Shown in pieces: positions 59,570 through 64,000 of a DNA stretch of 64,000 bases. This DNA comes from Marsupella aquatica (lineage: Eukaryota; Plantae; Marchantiophyta). The translations under genes and the position numbers were made by a program. The stretch lies in assembly GCA_973895155.1 (NCBI GenBank), contig OZ316892.1, forward strand, positions 21,639,619-21,703,618, given 5' to 3'. Every line of letters starts with the position of its first letter. Positions within the stretch are counted from its first letter, which is position 1. The notes under the pieces were generated by a model, which was not told the origin of the DNA, did no database searches, and saw only the letters and a list, made by a program, of their open reading frames with translations.

Positions 59570-62500
59570 TAGCAATTCTACTCAAGGTCTAGGGTTATGA
59601 CATGTAACCATAGTTAGACTAACAGTAGTCAGAGACGTGGTTAGGTTAACTAGGATGCACACTATATGCCAAGCGATGTTTGCTTGGATAAGTGGAACTT
59701 AGGCTCATTGTTATGAAGCCACTTGAGAGATGAGGAGAGCTTACACTGTGGAGACTTGGTATGGCCGACGGGCTTAGAGTTCAGTAAAGCTCTCTTGTGT
59801 GTTCCCGTGGACGTAGCCTCGAGGAGGTGAATCACGTATTTCTTGTGTTGACTACTTGCGCGTTGAATGTGTCATGTGCTTACCGTTATGAGTGTCGTCT
59901 ATGCTCAACAATTGGTATTAGAGCATGTCTGGGAGGTGACATTGTTCGTGATGAGATTTCGTGATGGTTTTTTCCAGCTTTGAGTGTCGGTGGATTTCCC
60001 GGAGTTCCGTCGCATGGAACTTGGAGTTTTTGGGCTCAGCGAATAGATCGGGGCAAGGGCTTTCTAACGGTGCAAAGATATTGTTGAACGGAGATTGTGG
60101 TGCGGAGAGATCTAAGTTTTTGTCGTTCTGGAATTTGTGAAGAAAGTTGGCAACATTCGTGTTCGACGGTTTTTTGGAGGAGGGACCAGAGTTTGTTTAC
60201 TCGACGATGTGAGCTCTACGATGAAGGAGACGTCACATACTATAGCTCCGCTTGTAGATCGGGACGAGCTGGTCGTTTTGGTAGCTGAATTGTTACCAAG
60301 TGAGTACCGTGTGCGACGAGACAAGAAAAAGAAGCGTTCTGATTTTTTGACCGGCTATGGAGTCTTCTTTTGCCTGAGAGGGATTTCTCGTCGTTGCGCT
60401 TGGCTCTGAGGGAAAGACGTGAAGTACTTGGGCTGAACGGAGAGATCACGAAGAGGTGATCGTTTTGAGTCCAAGATTGACGGTTTTGCCCATGGGAGGA
60501 AGGAGTTCTGAGTTTTTGTCACTGATTGACCAGAAAACGGTGTGGGTGCGCAAATCTTTCCAACCCACCGACATCACTTTCTGATTCCTCACCGTAATCC
60601 AAACGTTACAAGGTGCAAGCTCTTTTCGTTTGATGTCCACAAGCATTTTTGGATTTCTTACGGGCAAATTTTTTGTTTGAAAAATACTCCATTTAGGACT
60701 CTCTCTCTCTGTAGAGACCTCCATTGCACATTGGAGAGAAATTATTTTTGGGCCCTTACCGGTGATGAGTGTGGATTTGGCTCCTTTCGGGTTAAACCCT
60801 TTGTATTGTTGGGGGCCATTTTTCTTTAGGGTTTTTTTAGGGGGTTTCTTAAAGGCCCCCACGATCCCCTCCCTCGCCCGTCGCTCCCCTCCCTATACGC
60901 CCGTTGCTTGCCCTCCCGGGTACGCCCATTTTTAGGCAGCCACAATCGCGACTAAGGGCTTGGTTGGTGCTAAACCCTCCCACCCAGAGTTTTTTTTCCT
61001 CCCCGCCCATCGGCTGGCCGCAGTACGCCCCCCACCCCTCGTGCCCGGTTTCTCCTTCCCGACGACTCCTTTCGGAATTGCGGCTGCCCTCCGACCCCGA
61101 CTCAGGTGGATGCGGCTGCCGATACCGCCGCCCCTCCTACCCCCCACACCTGGCCCCTATACATCCATGTTTTTCTTAAGGGGATCCATACCCCCCGTAA
61201 AGCATTTAAATTTTTTTTCCTTTTCCCGGTTTCTGATTGGCTATAGCATCCCAGGACCTGCCGCCCTCCACTTTAACCGCTTGGACAGGAGGAACGGCCC
61301 CGTGTGAGCCCTGCTACTCTGTGCAAGAATATTCCCAAAAAATAGAGAGTGTGTTTTTGGCCGTCCGTCAAAGATTCCGTCCGCCGAACGGTAACTTTTT
61401 TTGTTCATCTTTGGCAAGTTGCTAGCCATCGGAGTTGGCAACGTAGTGCATAAATTGAATTGCATTTCCGATGTCGGGTACTAGTTCACTTTTTGGTTAT
61501 TCCCCGAGGTGGTCAAAACGGGGAAGAATTCCAAGTTTTACCCACCCCGACCGAAAAGTGAATAACTTTTATGTCGAAGTTTGATTTCAATTCTGGTTTT
61601 TCAGCATTGGAGAGCTAGGCTTGTGGGCTACGCAGTGGTGATAAGTTTTGAGTTTTTTGAAGAAGTTGAAAAAAAGTCATTTTGTATTGCATTCTCACAT
61701 GAGTGATTCGGAGGAGATTTTTGAAGAAGTGGATCTTGAAGCACGAGGATCACCACGACGGTTTGAGGAGGAGAGAGAGGAGCAGGAAGAAGCGCACGTG
61801 ACACCGGTACAATCACCGTTGCAGCAAGTAGAAGGGATTGTGAAGGAAAAATAGATGGCATCCAGGTTCGGAAGTATCAAGTTTGAGGTGGAAAAGTATG
61901 ATGGGTGTACGGACTACTTGCTCTAGGAGAAGTAAGTGAAAGGAGTTCTTTGCACTATGGGCCTAGATCATCTTCTCTCTGTGCGAGAGATATACGATGA
62001 TGAGGAGAAGATTCCACTAAAGAGATGGAGGCAGGAACAAGTAATTGCAATGAATGTAGTGATACTTTATCTGAAGCCGCATATCATCAAGAAGTTGGAT
62101 GACTACGTGGATTGTGGATCTCTGTTCAAAGCTCTAAGGGAGAAGTACTATTGGGAGGATGCATTAGATCGATTGTACAAGAAGTCTCTCTTAATGAGCT
62201 TTAGGCTCAAAGAGGGGAATAAGCTCTAGGATCACTTGGATGAATTTGATAGCCTAGCTGTTGATTTGTCTAATCTTGGTAAGGGCGTTGATGAAGAGGA
62301 CAAGGCCTTGCTTCTTCTCAGCTCCTTACCCCCATCTTATCAGGGTTTGAAGCAGGTTCTCTTGTATAGGGACTTGAAGTCTATTTCATACAATGAGGTG
62401 GTAAGCTCTTTGCTGTCAGATGATGCACAGAAGAAGTTGGGTCAAGCCCAGACAGCAACGTCATCTGGTGCTGCCTTGAATGTGAATCGTGAGAGGTCAC

Positions 62501-64000
62501 AGCGACATCCCGAGCAACGCACGAATGACAAGGGACGAAGTAAATCTAGGACAAGATTTGTTTCAAGGGGGAAGTCCCAGGAGAGAAAGCCAATAGTCTG
62601 TTGGAAGTGTCACAAGGTTGGTCATGTTAAGAGGGATTGTAAGGGTAAGGCAGCTGAATCTTCATCAGCCAATGTGGCTAGTGCTGATGGAGAAGTTGAT
62701 TTACTCAATGATGAGTATGTTTTATGAAGTCAGAAGTATGCCCTATGCACATCATCTAGGAGAACAAATGATGTGTGGATTCTTGATTATGCTTGCTTCT
62801 TTCACATTTGTTATATTTGTGAGTATTTCAATTCTTATTTTGTGTCAAACGGTTCAGTTTTGATGAAAAATGATCACTCCTGTCGAGTTGAGGATATTGG
62901 GTTTGTAAAGATTCAAATGTTTGATGGCATTGTGCGCACAGTGTCCGGAGTCAGGTTTGTACCTGGCATGCGTAAGAATTTGATTTCACTCGGTGTGTTG
63001 GATATAAATGGTTATCAATGGCGAGTAATTGATGGTGAACTTCAAGTCATGTCGAGAGATACAGTGATTTTGAAGAGGAGCAGACAGAAGAATTTGCATG
63101 TGTTGCAAGGCAATACAGTATGTGGAGAGACCAATGTAATGAAGTCTCACGAGGAAATGACTCAATTGTGGCATTCACGGCTAGGCCACATGAGTGAGAA
63201 GGGTTTGGCTATCTTGCGGAAGAATGGGCTCATTTTTGATTTGCAGTCTTGTAGATTGGATTTCTGTGAGCATTGCATTTTTGGAAAGCACATCGTCGTG
63301 CTTTTGGTGCTAGAACTCATCGTTCCAAAGCGGTTCTTGAGTACATATATAGTGACGTGTGGGGACCATCCCCGACTCCCTCACATTCTGGAAAATTGTA
63401 CTATGTATCATTTATTGACGATTACTCAAGATTTGTATGGATTTATTTCATGACGCATAAGTCTGATGTCTTGTCCATTTTTACAAAGTGGAAGGCTCAA
63501 GCGGAGAATCAAACAGGAAACACTGTTAAGTGTTTGGATACAAGGGTGAAGAGTCTAAGGTCAGACAACGGCGGGGAGTACACTTCAATAGAATTTGAAG
63601 AGTATTGTGCAAAACAGGGGATAACTCGTCATCTCACCATAGTTTATACTCCGCAACATAATGGTGTCGTTGAGAGGCTCAATCGAACACTATTGGAGTG
63701 GTCACAGAGTATGCTGAGCCAATCAGGTTTATCACAAGAATTTTGGGCAGAAGCTATCAATATTGCAGCTTATTTGGTAAATTTTTCTTCTTCTAGTGCA
63801 ATCAATTTCAAAACGCTATTTGAAATGCGTCATAAGCAGCAAGCAGACTATCATGGCTTGGTAGTTTTTGGAAGTGATGCATATGCAATCACACCAAAGC
63901 AGAATAGGACCAAGTTGGATCCTACGTCCAAGAAATATATTTTTCTTGGGTATCAGAGTGGTGTGAAGGCCTACAGGCCATGGGATCCTATTGCCTATAA
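59570..64000 (+). mobile_element. Ty1/Copia LTR retrotransposon: 5' LTR to 59910, PBS 59913-59924, ~1.9-kb leader, gag-pol running off the window
   Basis: LTR is related to 1567-1911 and ends in CA, followed by AT-TGGTATTAGAGC. The LTR 5' end is degraded, so the start is approximate. Confidence 0.9.
61855..64000 (+). pseudogene. Copia gag-protease-integrase with stops and frameshifts
   Basis: KFEVEKYDG, LLLLSSLPPSY, Zn knuckle CWKCHKVGHVKRDC, WILD.A..FHI, LWHSRLGHMSEKG..CEHC, SDVWGP, RSDNGGEY, TPQHNGVVERLNRTL. Confidence 0.92.

Overview
Eukaryotic, land-plant-like genomic DNA (spliceosomal introns, Copia/LINE/CACTA/Mutator-type TEs). A bryophyte/fern-grade plant is plausible but is only an inference. 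A small host-gene island lies at about 31.5-40.5 kb: an intronless alpha/beta-hydrolase (acyl-protein thioesterase-like) and a convergent multi-exon YTH-domain gene. Nested transposons fill both sides. The main candidate novel system is a DNA transposon family present as two diverged, oppositely oriented copies (3096-29826, which hosts nested insertions, and 41647-58034) plus a 313-bp MITE (25317-29629 is not meant; the MITE is 25317-25629). All three have related short TIRs and 8-9-bp TSDs. Each large copy encodes a GCM-like/MULE-DDE/SWIM transposase head-to-head with a 5-exon gene fusing a ParB/Srx-like domain to a bacterial-type N6A/N4C DNA-methyltransferase-like domain, plus a conserved 156-codon ORF3. 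About 33 copies (counted by eye) of a 15-bp palindrome TAGCGCCNGGCGCTA lie in the introns, intergenic and subterminal DNA of these elements, and I saw none elsewhere. This suggests a ParB/parS-like or VANC-like self-targeting epigenetic module. Other notable items: a CACTA element carrying a SET-domain exon, two 4-5-kb TG..CA/5-bp-TSD solo-LTR-like elements containing long ORFs, a multi-level nested insertion series, and an inversion breaking at a palindrome. All domain calls are motif recognition by eye, not database searches.
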